A stretch of DNA of 64,000 bases from Octopus sinensis (taxonomy: Eukaryota). Under the pieces are notes generated by a model. That model did not search any database. It was given only the letters and a program-made list of their open reading frames with translations, and was not told the origin of the DNA. The translations under genes and the position numbers were made by a program. Positions 39,317 to 52,765 of this stretch are shown here, in pieces. The stretch is from positions 23,932,001 through 23,996,000 of the forward strand of contig NC_043016.1 of the NCBI RefSeq assembly GCF_006345805.1. Direction: 5' to 3'. Position 1 is the stretch's first letter; each line of letters starts with the position of its first letter.

Positions 39317-40004
39317 GAAAGAAGGTTTGAAAATGCAATTTTAAAGATCTTTATTCACCTGACCAGTTTCATTTTTTTAGAAAAAGATTGTCAAAAGTAA
39401 AATGTAAAGCTTTGTATGAGGTTTGTTGTGTTAAGTACTGGTTGTCACAAAAGTATTAAAATACATATATACATTCTTTGATGATAATAATAAGAATGTT
39501 AAAAACAGTTTGCAAGAAAATATTCAACAAAGCATATTAGGAGTTCCATAAAAATCATGTTTGTTTGGTAGTGTCTATATACATACACAGAAGTATTAGG
39601 AGTTCAATAAAAATTATGTTTGCTTGATAGTATATATATACACAGAAGGAGATATATATATATATAAGAGTTTACAAAGAATTTGAGATGAACCAACCTG
39701 TTTTCCTAGCATTTTATTTTGTGTGTAGCTAAGGGTTGTTTGCTATTTTAAGGGACAGTGTGGGAGGTTGGTTGGGGTGGGGGAAGGAAGAACAATGTGG
39801 AATTAAAAGGATTTTTTGTTTCTGGGCTAGTCTGTCATGGTTCAGTGGTTTGGGGGACTGGTCTTAGAGGTCAGAACTGTGTGAGTGTGTGTGTGTATAT
39901 ATACATGTGTTTGTGTGTGTGGGCCATTTTTGATTGGTCACAGTTTATTGTGGTGTGTGTAAATGTGTCTGTATGTGGTTTATATTTGGTAGGTTGGTGC
40001 ATTA

Positions 40005-41680
40005 AATCATCTCCCCAAACATACCAATAAAGACATTTCAATTGTCTCCTTTGATGTAATAAACCATTACACTACGATCCCACATGAATATGGACTGGAA
40101 GTCATTAAATTCTGGCTAGAAAAATACCCCAATGAGGTCCCAGAAAGAATAAAAAAAGAATTCATCATTGAGGGCCTTAAGTTTATTCTCCAAAACAACT
40201 TTATGAATTTTAATAATAACACCAACAGACAAGTATCAGGGACTGCAATGGATACTAAAGTTGCCCCTACTTATGCAAACCTAGTGATGGCCTACCTAGA
40301 ATTACAAATTTATGAAAAATCCAAATATAAGTATGGCCTGTCTTTCCACAAATACCTGTTGGAGAATTGGAAATGCTACTTGGATGAATGCCTTATCCTA
40401 TGGTCCCACACACTCAACCAACTTATTGACTTCAAAAACCTAATCAACAGTTTCAACAATCATATCCAATTTACAATGGAATATAGTCAAGACCAACTTC
40501 CTTTTCTTGATATTCTTATTATTAAAAAAGGCACCAACATTGAAACTGATATCCACTACAAACCAACTGATTCCAAACAATACCTTCTGTTCACCTCCAA
40601 TCACCCAAAGCACACAAAGACAAATATCCCCTTCAACCTAGCGAGAAGAATCTGCACAATTGTCTCAAATTATAGAATACGAAATAAAATACTCCAAGAA
40701 CTAAAGGCAATTCTTCTCGAAAGGCATTACCCAGCATCATTAGTTGACAATGGAATAGAATGGGCTAAGAAAATTGCTACCCAAGTCTTATGAAAACCAA
40801 AACACACTCATGGTACAGTAAATAGTCTCATCTATCTCTCAACACACAATCCAAGAAATGCAGAAGCTTACACAATTATATAGAAGAACATCCCACAGCT
40901 GAATCAAGACCCACAACTAAAAAAAGTACTCACAACTCATAAAATAATAAAAAGCAAAAGACAACCCAAATTCCTAAAAAACCTACTCACGAATGCAAAA
41001 TTACCCAACATAAGCCCACCGTCAAAAGATGTGGTCATTCCAACTGCAGGACTTGCATCCACCTCATTGAAGGAACAATATACAAATTCCAGTCGGGACA
41101 AACTTTTGTCATAAAAAATAATTTCACCTGCGCATCAAAGAATTTACTCTATGCTATAAGGTGTGGAGGGTGCCACAAAGATTACATAGGGCAATGAGCC
41201 TTACCCTAAGAAAAAGGATGGCAGTTCACCGCCAACAATTGAGAGATCCCACCACAAAACAGATACCACTTAGTGGGCATTTAGATCTCTGTGCACACAA
41301 CAAGTCCCCCAAATTGCTAGTTTTCCCACTATACCAATGCCCAGACAACACCATTAATCAAACACGAATAAATAGGGAAAATAATCTTATTCAAAAACAC
41401 AGACCACAACTCAACATACTCTGACATAGACCCCAGGTACACATCCAAAACAAATACACAGAAACACATACAGATATACAAAATCACACACACAAAAACA
41501 ATGTAAGCCTCCGATGCAAACACACATACATACATATACAAACATGCTCAAACACAATAATCTGCACACTAGAGCACAAACCCATACACATTCCAAGAAA
41601 AAACACATATATACACTTGCAATATGATTCTAGCAACCACAACCAACACTCACACACACATACATATATATATAAAAATA
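40005..41680 (+). mobile_element. Penelope-like element (RT and GIY-YIG), decayed
   Basis: SFDVINHYTTIPH, GTAMDTKVAPTYANLVM, WKCYLDE, LPFLDI, YKPTDSKQYL; then YAIRCGGCHKDYIGQ...RMAVHRQQ. Confidence 0.93.
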
Positions 41681-41757
41681 TATATATATATTGGTAAAAA
41701 CGGTAAGATAACAAAAGGAAGAAAGAGACCTCAATATTATGTAAATAGAGGAAATTT

Positions 41758-41942
41758 ATCTGTAAAATAATATGTGACAATTATTCAATAGCCAAGATAA
41801 AACTCTGAGTTTCAGATGCTGAGGTGGAAATCCACAACACCATCTCTTCAGTTATCTGGCCAGATAACCGAAGAGATAGTGTTGTGGAAACACAGAGTTT
41901 TATCTTGGCTATTGGATATTTGTCACATATTATTCTACAGAT
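41758..41942. repeat. Loopless foldback palindrome with a 19-nt insertion in the left arm
   Basis: Centre TCTGG|CCAGA at 41859/41860; arms ATCTGTAAAATAATATGTGAC...GTCACATATTATTCTACAGAT. Confidence 0.9.
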
Positions 41943-41950
41943 ATATAAAT

Positions 41951-42290
41951 ATGGCTGTATGGTAAGTAGCTTGCTTACCAACCACATGATTCCGGGTTCA
42001 GTTCAACTGCGGGGCACCTTGAGTAAGTGTCTTCTACTATACCCTTGTGAGTGGATTTGGTAGACTGAAACTGAAAGAAGCCCATTGTATATATGTATAT
42101 GTATATATGTGTGTCTGTGTTTGGCCCCCTATCATCGCTTGACAACCGATGCTGGTGTGTTTACAGCCCTGTAACTTAGCAGTTCAGCAAAAGAGACCAA
42201 TAGAGTAAGTACTAGGCTTACAAAGAATAAGTCCTGGGGTCAATTTGCTCCAATATGGCGACAGTCAAATGACTGAAACAAGTAAAAGAA
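41951..42290 (+). mobile_element. SINE family A
   Basis: Head to tail with small deletions. Confidence 0.85.
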
Positions 42291-42384
42291 TACTTCACAA
42301 TAGATGCATGGCGTTCAATCAATAATAATCTAATAATATATATATATACGCACACATACATATATTGTTTATATTATATATATA

Positions 42385-42440
<56 letters not shown>

Positions 42441-42444
<4 letters not shown>

Positions 42445-42804
42445 GATATGTATATCTGTGTGTGTGTAGATATATATTATTTTATTTGTTTCAGTCATTT
42501 GACAGTGGCCATGCTGCAGCATCACCTTTATTCGAACAAATCAACCCCAGGGCTGATTCTTTTGTAATCTTAGTATTTATTCAATCATCTTTTTTACTGA
42601 ACCGCTAAGTTATGGGGATGAAAACAAACCAACATCAATTGTCAAACGCAGACATACAAACATATACACATATGCATATACATATATAATTGTTAAAATG
42701 GACAACAAACATTAAGGCAAGGCAACACATCTCAAATCATATACATCATTATTATTAGAAAAAAGATTCAAAGTCTTACAGCTGTTTCTGGGACATCACA
42801 GAGT

Positions 42805-42852
<48 letters not shown>

Positions 42853-43210
42853 GATATGTATATCTGTGTGTGTGTAGATATATATTATTTTATTTGTTTC
42901 AGTCATTTGACAGTGGCCATGCTGCAGCATCACCTTTATTCGAACAAATCAACCCCAGGGCTGATTCTTTTGTAATCTTAGTATTTATTCAATCATCTTT
43001 TTTACTGAACCGCTAAGTTATGGGGATGAAAACAAACCAACATCAATTGTCAAACGCAGACATACAAACATATACACATATGCATATACATATATAATTG
43101 TTAAAATGGACAACAAACATTAAGGCAAGGCAACACATCTCAAATCATATACATCATTATTATTAGAAAAAAGATTCAAAGTCTTACAGCTGTTTCTGGG
43201 ACATCACAGA

Positions 43211-43211
<1 letters not shown>
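42441..43211. repeat. Exact tandem duplication, period 408 bp, bounded by (TA)n
   Basis: 42441-42803 is identical to 42849-43211 by eye. Confidence 0.95.
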
Positions 43212-43249
<38 letters not shown>

Positions 43250-43464
43250 ACGGGTTTCTTTCAGTTTCAGTCTACAAAATCCACTCACAATGCTTTGGTT
43301 GGCCTTAGGCTGTAGTAGAAGACACTTCCCTAAGGTGCCACACAGTGGAACTAACCCAGAACCATTTGGTTGGTAAGCAAGCTGCTTACCACACAGTCTT
43401 TCCTGCAGTTACATGTGTGTGTGTGTAGATATATGTATGTACATATAAGGATATGTATGTATGT

Positions 43465-45460
43465 ATCATCATCATCATCATCGTTTAACATCCACTTTCC
43501 ACACTGGCCTGGGTTGGACAGTTTGACTGAGGACTGGCAAGCCAGTAGGCTTTGACAGGCTCCAATCTTATCTGGCAAGGTTTCTACAGCTGGATGCCCT
43601 TCCTAATGCCAACCACTCTGAAAGCGTAATGGATTCTTTTTACATGTCACCAGCACAGGAGCCAGTCAGGTGGCATTGGCATCGACCATGTTTGGATGGT
43701 GCTTTTTACATGCCACCGGCATGGGAGCCAGTCGGACGTGGGACTGGTATTGACCAGGTTTGGATGGTGCTTTTTACATGCCACCAGCACGGGAAGTCAG
43801 TCAGGCAGAACTGGCATTGACCCACGCTAGAGTGGTGCTTATTACATGCCACCAGCATGGGTGCCAGTCAGGCAGATCTGGCATTGGCCACAACTACAAT
43901 TTCTATTTTGATTTCAATCTTGATTTGCTTTTAATTTTTGATTTTACTTGATTCAATAGGTCTCCTCAAGCACGGTGTGTTGCCCAATGATTCAAAGGTA
44001 CTTTTAAATGGGCTGGTATAGGCTATGGCTGTGATCTCACTTTACTTGCCAGGTCTTCTCAATCACAGCATATCTCCAAAGGTCTTGGCCTCTTATCATC
44101 ACCTCTGTGAAGCCCATCATTTAAAGGTCATGCTTCACCACCTCGTCCCATGTCTTCCTCAGTCTCCCTCTTTCACGGGTTCCTTCCACTGTTAGGATGT
44201 GGCACCTCTTCACACAGCTCCCCTCATCCATACACAGCACATGACCATACCAGTGCAGTTGTCTCTCTAGTACACTGCATCTTATGTCCAACATTTCTCT
44301 CTGGGTGCTTACACACAGTTTTGTATGCACACTGACATTACACATCCAGCAGATCATACCAGCTTCATTTCTTTCAAGCCTACACCATGGTCCATGTTTC
44401 ACTGCCATGTAGCATGGCTGTTCATACACATGCATCATACAGTCTACCTTTCACTCTGAGCAAGAGGCCCTTTGTTACTAACAGAAGTAGGAGCTTTCTG
44501 AACTTTGCCCAGACTATTCTTATTCAAGTGCTCACACTCTCAGATCATCCACCCCCACTACAGACTTGGCCACCTGGGTAGTGGAAGCTATCTACTATGT
44601 ATAGTTTTCCCCCTGGCTTGTGATGGAATCTGTTTTCTGAGCATCTTCAGTGTTTATTGCACCTGTGCATCTGCTGCACACAAAAACTATCATCCCAGTT
44701 AACCTTCCCTAGATATTGCTGCACCTCTTATGTATCCATAACTTACACTGGGTACATCTTATGGAGTTTCTACCTACACCTTTTCTACAGATCGAGCAGG
44801 GCCATCTACCTGTGATTTGTCTGTTTTCCTACTTACGAAGACTTTGGTTTTTGCAACATTGATTCTAAGGCCCTTCGATTCTAAATTTTGCTTCCACACC
44901 TGTAATTTCTTCTGTAGTTCTGGGAGTGATTCAGCTATGAGAGCAAGGTCATCAGCATAGAAGGACTCCCAGGGGCAGCCTGTCTTGAATTCCTCTTTTA
45001 TTGCCTGGAGGATTATGATGAATAAGAGGTGGCTGAGGACTGGTCCTTGGTGAACCCCTACTTCTGCCCGAAATTCTTCACTATACTCATTGCTGACCCT
45101 CACCTTACTGATAGCATCCCTGTACTGAGCCCGTACAACTCTTACTAACCACTTGTCTATACCTAGTTTCCAGATAAGGGATCAGGGGACCCTGTCAAAG
45201 GCTTTTTCCAAGTCAACAAAAGCCAAGTACAGAGGTTTATCTTTGGCTAGATATTTCTCCTGCAGTTACCTCACCAGAAATAAAGCATCAATGGTGCTTA
45301 TACCTAGCACAAAACCAAACTGCATCTCATCTAGGCTAACTCTCTCCCTAATTAGTTGTGCTGTAGCCCTCTCCATGACCTTCATCACCTAATTCAGCCA
45401 TTTGATACCCCTGTAGTTATTTCTAGCTAAAGCATCACCTTCACCTTTGTAGATGTTGAC
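43465..45460 (-). mobile_element. RTE LINE, 5'-truncated (RT, C-terminus, 3' UTR)
   Basis: VGVHQGPVLSHLLFII...FYADDLALIAES; WYGHVL...GRLRKTWDEVVKHDL; (GAT)n tail. Confidence 0.92.
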
Positions 45461-45521
45461 TAGATGTGTATATTGTTAGCCACTACATACATTTTTTTCT
45501 CTCCTTGTTTTTCCTGTGTCC

Positions 45522-45557
45522 CTTTCTGTAGAAGAGCGTAGGCTCGAAACATAAAAG
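45522..45557 (+). ncRNA. Minimal hammerhead-like motif in a solo PLE terminal repeat (45481-45640)
   Basis: CUUU-CUGUAGA-A-GAGC(GUAG)GCUC-GAAAC-AUA-AAAG; perfect stems I and II. Confidence 0.6.
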
Positions 45558-46045
45558 ATTTTTTTCTATTCCTGAGCGTTATACTAATACATCTGTTTGT
45601 TTTGTACACCACCTGTCTTCGTCTTTTGTTTTTTCGTAAACTCTCCTTATATATATATATATGTAAATATATGTGTGTGTGTATGTATGTATATGCACAT
45701 ATGTGTATGTGTGTGTATGTATATATATATTTGTATATATATGTGATGATGATGATGTATATATTTGTATATATATTGTGATGATGATGATGATATCCAT
45801 ATTTTTCCGTCCTTGTTTTTGTATACATTTGCTGCTTTCTTCCAAGGAATCTAATGCTCTTAGCTTAGTTTTTCCTTGGGACTGGCCAGATTGGAGCAAT
45901 CTCGAGTATCATCAGCTGAAATTACAAAGATAATCTGGTACTCGACTGAGGAAAGAAAAATCCAAATAACCTATCCTTGTTTTCTTTGTATCGTCTTTCT
46001 GAATGTTTTGTTGTCCTATTTTGTATTTTATACATACATACATAC

Positions 46046-46106
<61 letters not shown>

Positions 46107-46140
46107 TAATATATATATATATACACATACACACACATAT

Positions 46141-49075
46141 GAACTCTGCCAGGGCTGGTCCAAAGCCCGGCTGCAAAAGGAAAAGGGTTTGGCATTGGGC
46201 CAGCAACCTGACCCCGTAAAAAACCTCAGTGCTACAGAAATGGCAAGAACAAACCAACATCTTCAAACTGACTGCAGAGGAGGTTACCACCTTACTATGA
46301 TGGTGTTGGATCAAAGCCATCAGGACATCCAGCACCCAATATGTGGTTCAATTTTCAATGCGAACCAACAAACAAAAATTGGGACTTGGAATGTAAGGAC
46401 ACTGTACCAGCGTGGCAGAGTGGTGCAGCTGCTTGAAGAAGTGGAAAGATATCAGATGAACATCCTTGGAATTAGCGAAATGAGATGGACTGGCAGTGGA
46501 CGGTTGGTTGGTGACAGCAGGACTACTATCGACTCAGGCCACAAAGTGGAACACATGTGAGGAGTCAGCATCATCATGCCCACAAGGGCAGCTGGAGTGC
46601 TTATTGGATGGAAACTTACCAGTAATTACATCATTACCACTTGATTCCAAATGTGTTTGTCCAGGATCACTGTTATCCAGGCCTATGACCCCATCGAAGA
46701 CATGGAAGAGGCCGATAAAGAAGCTTTCTACAACTAACTACAGAATGCCCTAGACGACACCCTTCATCACGACTTAGTCCTACTAATTGGCAAGTTCAGT
46801 GCCAAAATCACAAGAAACTGATAAGTCTACAAGCACATAATTGGCCCAAACAGCACAGCAACTGATACTAGCAACAACGGTGATTGGTTGGTCTCATTCT
46901 GCTCAATGACTGGGTTGATGATCAGAAACACTTATTTCAAGCACAAGTGGCTCCACGAGAAAACATGGTGGTCACTGGATGGTTGAACATTTAACGAGGT
47001 CGATTATGTCTGAATTAGTAAGTGGTGGAGATCTGCCCCGCTGGATGTGCCAGGGAGCAGATGTAGGCTCAGATCATTACTTCCTCTTTGCAAAGTGTTG
47101 GCTTCGATTGTGGTGCTTGCTGCTCGTGCAGAGTCACCCCACCCCCCTTTGCAGTGAAGAAATTTAAAGACTGAAGGCCAGTCGATCAATTCCTGTTGGA
47201 ACTGAGAAACCAATTCTGACCTCTTGCAGATATGGATGAGGTTGACATCAACAGCTACTTTAGGAAGTCCAAGGAGGCAATTATTGAAAGTGCCAAGAAG
47301 ACCATTGGCAGACGCTGTGGCACATACAAGGAGCATTGGATCCAAGATCAAATGTGGATCCCGGTCGATGCGAGATAAAAGGCTAAAATACAGCGAGACC
47401 TAGTGCAAATGAAGCCCAGCAGGAAGCATTGGAAACATATCAGACAATGGATCAAAGAGTGAAGAAGAGCTGTCGGAAAGAAAAGCAAGATTAGTTGGAA
47501 CAAAGAAGTCAGAAGGCACAGGAGGTGGTGGATTGAAATGATACAAAGACTTTATACCATATCGTACCTGATCTTACCGGAATGAGAAGCAGACAAGGAG
47601 TACCCATCAAGGACAAGAACACAAAGTTGTTACTGACTGTGGAACATCAAGCAAGAAGACGGGTTGAACACAGGTGAAATGATGACAGCCGAGATGGTGG
47701 CGGCGATATGGCTCTTGAAGAACAACAAGGTTCTGGGACTGAATATGGTAGCAGCAGAGATGCTGAAACATGGAGGTCATCCCATCATCGAATACCTGAT
47801 GGCCCTCCTTAAAGTATCCTGGGCAACAAGCCAGGTCCCAGAGGATTGGCAATGGGGGTAATTATCAAACTGCCAAAGAAAGGAAACCTTGCCAATTGCA
47901 ATAATTGAATTACACTTCTATCTGTCCCTGGAAAGGTCTTTGGTTTCATCCTCTTAAGATAGCTGCAACAGGCAGTGGATGAGAGGCTCCAAGAAAAACA
48001 AGCCAGTTTTTGATGCGGACAGTCATGCAAAGAACAAATCTTCATGTTGTGCAACATTACTGAACAAAGCCTAGAATATCAGCAACAGCAATTAATCATT
48101 TTTATTGATTTTGTCAAGGCATTTGACAGCTTACACCAGTGATCGTTGTGGTGCATCACTTGTGACTACGGCATTCCTGAGCATTTCATTGATATCTTTC
48201 AGAGCCTTTACCATGAGTCTAGGTGCTGCGTTCAAACAGAGATGGGCTATACCAACTACTTTGCCATTGAAACCGGTGTATGTCAAGGGTGTATTCTATC
48301 CCCTCTCCTATTTTTTATGGCGATTGACTTCATCATGTGCCAATGCAGATTTGGGATTTCATGATGTGGGTCGGGGTACCTGACTGACTTCGACTTCACC
48401 AATGGCATTGTGTTCCTCGGAGCGGCGAAGAATGCCATTTGCACAAGGACAGAGAGATTGGAACATGAGGCAGCCAAGATCGGGCTCTGCATAAGTGCAA
48501 ACAAGACTAAGGCCATGAGGATTGGATATGTTAATGGGAACAACAATGGTATCCCCTTGATGATTGGACAACACCAAATTGAGGAAGTTGATGAGTTTAC
48601 CTATTTGGGCAGTGTCATGGCCAACAACAGAGACACCAAATGCGACATTACCTGCCAGATTGTGAAGGTCTTAGCTATCTTTCAAAGACCTAGACTCATC
48701 TGGGCAGGTAGGGCGATCTCCACTAAGTCTAAAGTGCACCTCTTCAACAACATCATCATATCATCAGCAATATTCACGGTGGAAATGTGGAAGACATCAA
48801 CAAAGATGTATTTCTGCTACAATGACTCTGGCAGATACTGTGAATATCATACCAGGACCACATCACCAATGACAAGATACATCGCTGAACTGATATCCGT
48901 CTACTCCATGACATTGTCACTGAGTGCCGCTTGTGATTCGCAGGCCATGTTTTCCAATTACCATTGGCACGGCATACAAAACCCACCATTCTGTGGAAGC
49001 CACCACATGGTAAGAGAAAACAAGGGTGACCAGGAGCGATTGGCACCACACATTCATCAATGACCTCAAAGCAGT
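46141..49075 (+). mobile_element. Near full-length but heavily decayed RTE (BovB-like) LINE
   Basis: 5' UTR GGGCCAGCAACCTGACCCCGTAAAA; endonuclease KIGTWNVRTL...LGISEMRWTGSG; RT GVCQGCILSPLLF, EEVDEFTYLGS; many stops. Confidence 0.92.
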
Positions 49076-49189
49076 GTATTTTATCACTTCGTACACATAC
49101 CAAAATACATTTATGTCTTAGAATATAAGTATTTGATTTTCTAATATATAGATATACTAATATTCTTATATATGTCTTTGCATGTGCCC

Positions 49190-49890
49190 ACTCTTTGATC
49201 TGGTGGTCATTGAGGAAAATAGGGGTAGATGAAAGGCTTGTAAAAGCCATACAAGCCATGTATAGGGGTGTTGCCAGTAAGGTGAAAGTTTCTTGCATGT
49301 ACAATGATAAATTTAGAGTACAGGTGAGTGTTCAAAAGACCTTGATCTGAGTCCCTTCCTGTTCATTGTTGTCCTCCAGGCCATAACAGGAATTTAAGAG
49401 CAGCTGCCATGCAAACTGCTTTATGATGATGACCATATTCTTGTAACAGAATCTGTAACAGGATTAGGAAAAAAATTCCTTGTGTGAAAGCAAAAGCTAG
49501 AATTGAAAGGCCTTAAATTTTACTTAACAAAGACCAATGTATTAGGAAGCAGGAAAATAGACAGGATGCTTTGCCTGACATGTGGGAAAGGAGTAGGAAG
49601 GAATTCCATATGGTGTACCCAGTACAAGTTATGGATACACAAGAGGTACAGTGGAGTCACAAGAAGGTTAATGGAGAAGGTAAGAAGGTAGTCTTTGTAT
49701 GTGGAAGATGTACAGGTGCCATAAAAACTAAGGATACTTGGGAAATTGATTTTCTCAAATGTCCTGGTGAATCCCTAGAGGTAGTAGATAGTTTCTGTTA
49801 CCTGGACACCCTAATTAGCAGTTTAGAGGACTGTTCTGAAAATATAATTGTTAGAATAAGAATTGGTGAAAGTTTAGAGAGCTATTTGCC
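49190..49890 (+). mobile_element. RTE RT/zinc-finger fragment
   Basis: CLTCGKGVGRNSIWCTQYKLWIHKR; SLEVVDSFCYL. Confidence 0.8.
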
Positions 49891-50059
49891 TCAGCTGGAA
49901 AAAAGAAACACCAATACACCGGCTGTTGTTATCAAACTGAACATGAGCTGAGAATTATTTCATTTTAGCTTTCACTGCTTATACTAAACACAAGAAATTT
50001 TTGCCTTATGATGTGGAACATTTCCTTTTCTTTCTCTCTTTTTAGAAAATGGCACTCAC

Positions 50060-50371
50060 AGTTACAATGACGAGGTTCCTGTTTATCTGATCAATGAACA
50101 ATCTGCTCATAAAATTAACGTGCAAATGGTTGAGTACTCCACAGACATGCATACCATATGGTAGTTCTCAGGGAGATTCAGCCTCACACACAATGTGATA
50201 AGGTTGGCTCCTTTGATTTACAGTTACAACTCATTTTTGCCAGCTGAGTGGACTGCAGCAAGGTGAAGTAGAGTACCATGCTCAAGAACACAGTGTGCTG
50301 CAGGGATTGATACTCATGACTTTACAATAATGGGCTAAAATACCCCTAACCATTGAGCCACACACCTTCAC
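50060..50371 (-). mobile_element. SINE family C
   Basis: Head GTGAAGGTGTGTGGCTCAATGGTTAGGG on the minus strand; body TTCTTGAGCATGGTACTC. Confidence 0.7.
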
Positions 50372-50884
50372 TTTCTTAACAGTAGAGAAAAGGAGTAAAG
50401 CAATAGAGACAGAGAAAGGAAAGCCTCAGTCATTTTCAATGACAATTAGACTGAAATCAATCTTTTCTAGCTTCTTTACTTTTAACAATGAAGAAGTGGG
50501 AAAGACATTTAGTAATGAATAGAGGGAAAGTCTTTCAGATGTTTATGTTTTTATTCTGGAAGTTCTAGAACAATCAATTGCTACTTCTCTCTGCTTTCCT
50601 CCACCCCTGGTACTTATTCACCTTCTTTTATAGTTCTTCATGTCTTTTAGTTGGTGGGGGAAGACTATGTTTTTTTTTTTTTCAGGTATGTTTAATGTTT
50701 TCTTTACAAACTACAGACAAGCCCCACTCTCATCCCTTTTTTTCATACAAAAACTAATACAAATTTCCAATGGGGTATAGCTGTGATAAGAGCCCAGAAA
50801 AATGGGTAACACCCACTACAAAATGGGTGGAGGAGAAAAGTTGTCAACAGGTGGCTACATGAAACTCAACTCTATACTTTAAAG

Positions 50885-51197
50885 AGTGTCTTCTATTATA
50901 GCTTCAGGCCAACCAAAGCCTCCTGAGTGAATTAGTAGATGGATACTGAAAGAAGCCCATCATATCATATTTTTACATGTGTGTGTTTGTGACTGTGTTT
51001 GTCCCCCCCCCCCGATCACCATTGTTTGACAACCGATGTTTGTATGTTTATGCCCCCATAACTTAGCTGTTCAGCAGAAGAGACTGATAGAATAAGCACC
51101 AGGCTTACAGGGAATAAGTCCAAGGGTCAATTTCTTTGACTAAATGGCAGTGCTCCAGCATGGCCACTGTCAAATGACTGAAACAAGTAAGAGAATA
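50885..51197 (+). mobile_element. SINE family A (head lost)
   Basis: Body and tail match. Confidence 0.8.
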
Positions 51198-51630
51198 CAA
51201 TAATACCAGAAGAACGTTCCGTACCACTAAACCAAGAGGGTTCTTTGAATATGTATGATGTATTTTAAGGTTAAATAGATATTCTGTTTACGTTTGCGTA
51301 ACTGAGATATTTTGGTTGGATTATATAGTCTTCGGTTTTATATGTCTTTCTATATTCTGTAACTGTCATAATATAGAAACATTTCTCATGGCACCAGCAC
51401 ACAATTTACAAATGCTTACATTTTTTATGTTTTCCCTGAATTTTTCACGGATCCAGCAAGTAAATTATTATTGTACCCATCACGGACTGCTCAAAGCTTA
51501 CAAAATTCCTACACTTAGACCCTTGGATCTTACAATTACATATATGTATTTGTGTGTGTGTGTTTAGTTCAAATGTACTGAAAACAAAAGACAAAGACAT
51601 GTGAGGGAACAACAAGCAGGTGTATTAGTT

Positions 51631-52736
51631 TGTAGCATTGCTGATATCCTCACTGTTTGAGAGATATATTAGAAATGATCTCGTGTTAGATAACAACCAG
51701 CTTCGGCTATTTTGACCCTGTTGTGTCCACTGCTCTGATTGGTTGACAGTGGCGCAGTTTGTCTCTTGACCTATTTCACACCAGTGTGTAAACCAACCAA
51801 TCACGGCCTTCAGATAAGGTCCCATGACATACTCTTTTTTGGGTTTCACTGGAGCCCACCTCAGGTTATAAGAAGGCCCCAGCATTCACGATTTCTCATC
51901 ATGGGTTCCAGTCCTTCTCAGGGCTAACCTCTGACCACAGAGTGACTCAACCATGTTCCAGCAACATCAGTCTTAAGTAACAGTCCTCCACAGGACTAAA
52001 CTCTGACCACAGAGTGACTCAGCCAGTTCCATGTTCCAGCAATGACCAGCCAGCCATGTTCCTGATCCAGCCATGATGATGCTAACATACACCAGCAACG
52101 CAAGACGTCTCCACCACCATTGCCATCATCTCAACCATCGCCATCACCACCGTCGACTTCTCTGGTTTAGCTTTCTTGCTGTTGTGATATTCACTGAGGT
52201 TAACAGCACGACACTACCTGCTTGAATTCCTGTGTCAAGAGACCTGGCACAGCATTGAAGCCCCAACTGCTACACATGTATTCAACCGGCATTCTGCCTT
52301 GTGACCCCAACATCCTGTTACAGAACTATTACTATTGTGAAACCTTATTACGAACTGGTAAATAAATTCAATCTTGTCTAAAATACCCTGAGAGACTCTT
52401 TCCTATGTTCAGTATTCTGTCTTACCTGCACACACCTTTGTTTGTACTTATGTTCACTCTTGTAACGCACACACGGACACACAGATACAAACACTTGTCG
52501 TATGGACACAGACACTCCACTTTGCTAGCACCCATACTTCATCTCATATTGTACACATCTGTAAATAAAGTCTTCTCTCTCAAACAGTAGAACGGTTGTC
52601 ATCCTCATTATTCCATTTTGGCACTTATCCATTTATATCATGTATTTGGCTTCTTCCTTTGTTAGGGCAACTGTGTGGCATTTAAAAGGAGACATTTCTG
52701 TCACCAACTCCTTACGTACAGTCGTTATTCCTTACA
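51631..52736 (+). mobile_element. Solo LTR (about 1.1 kb)
   Basis: TGTA...TACA ends; 4-bp TSD AGTT/AATT; CCAAT boxes, TATAAG at 51867, AATAAA at 52564; splits a known repeat. Confidence 0.8.
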
Positions 52737-52765
52737 AATTTGCTGCTCAGGAAGAATTAAAAAGT

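Noticed and set aside
42770-42806. Further hammerheads (GAAAC-AGCU-GUA half-sites at 42.8, 43.2 and 55.4 kb; CUGAAGA at 26172)
   Set aside because: The core or stems are incomplete; too decayed to call without a family consensus.
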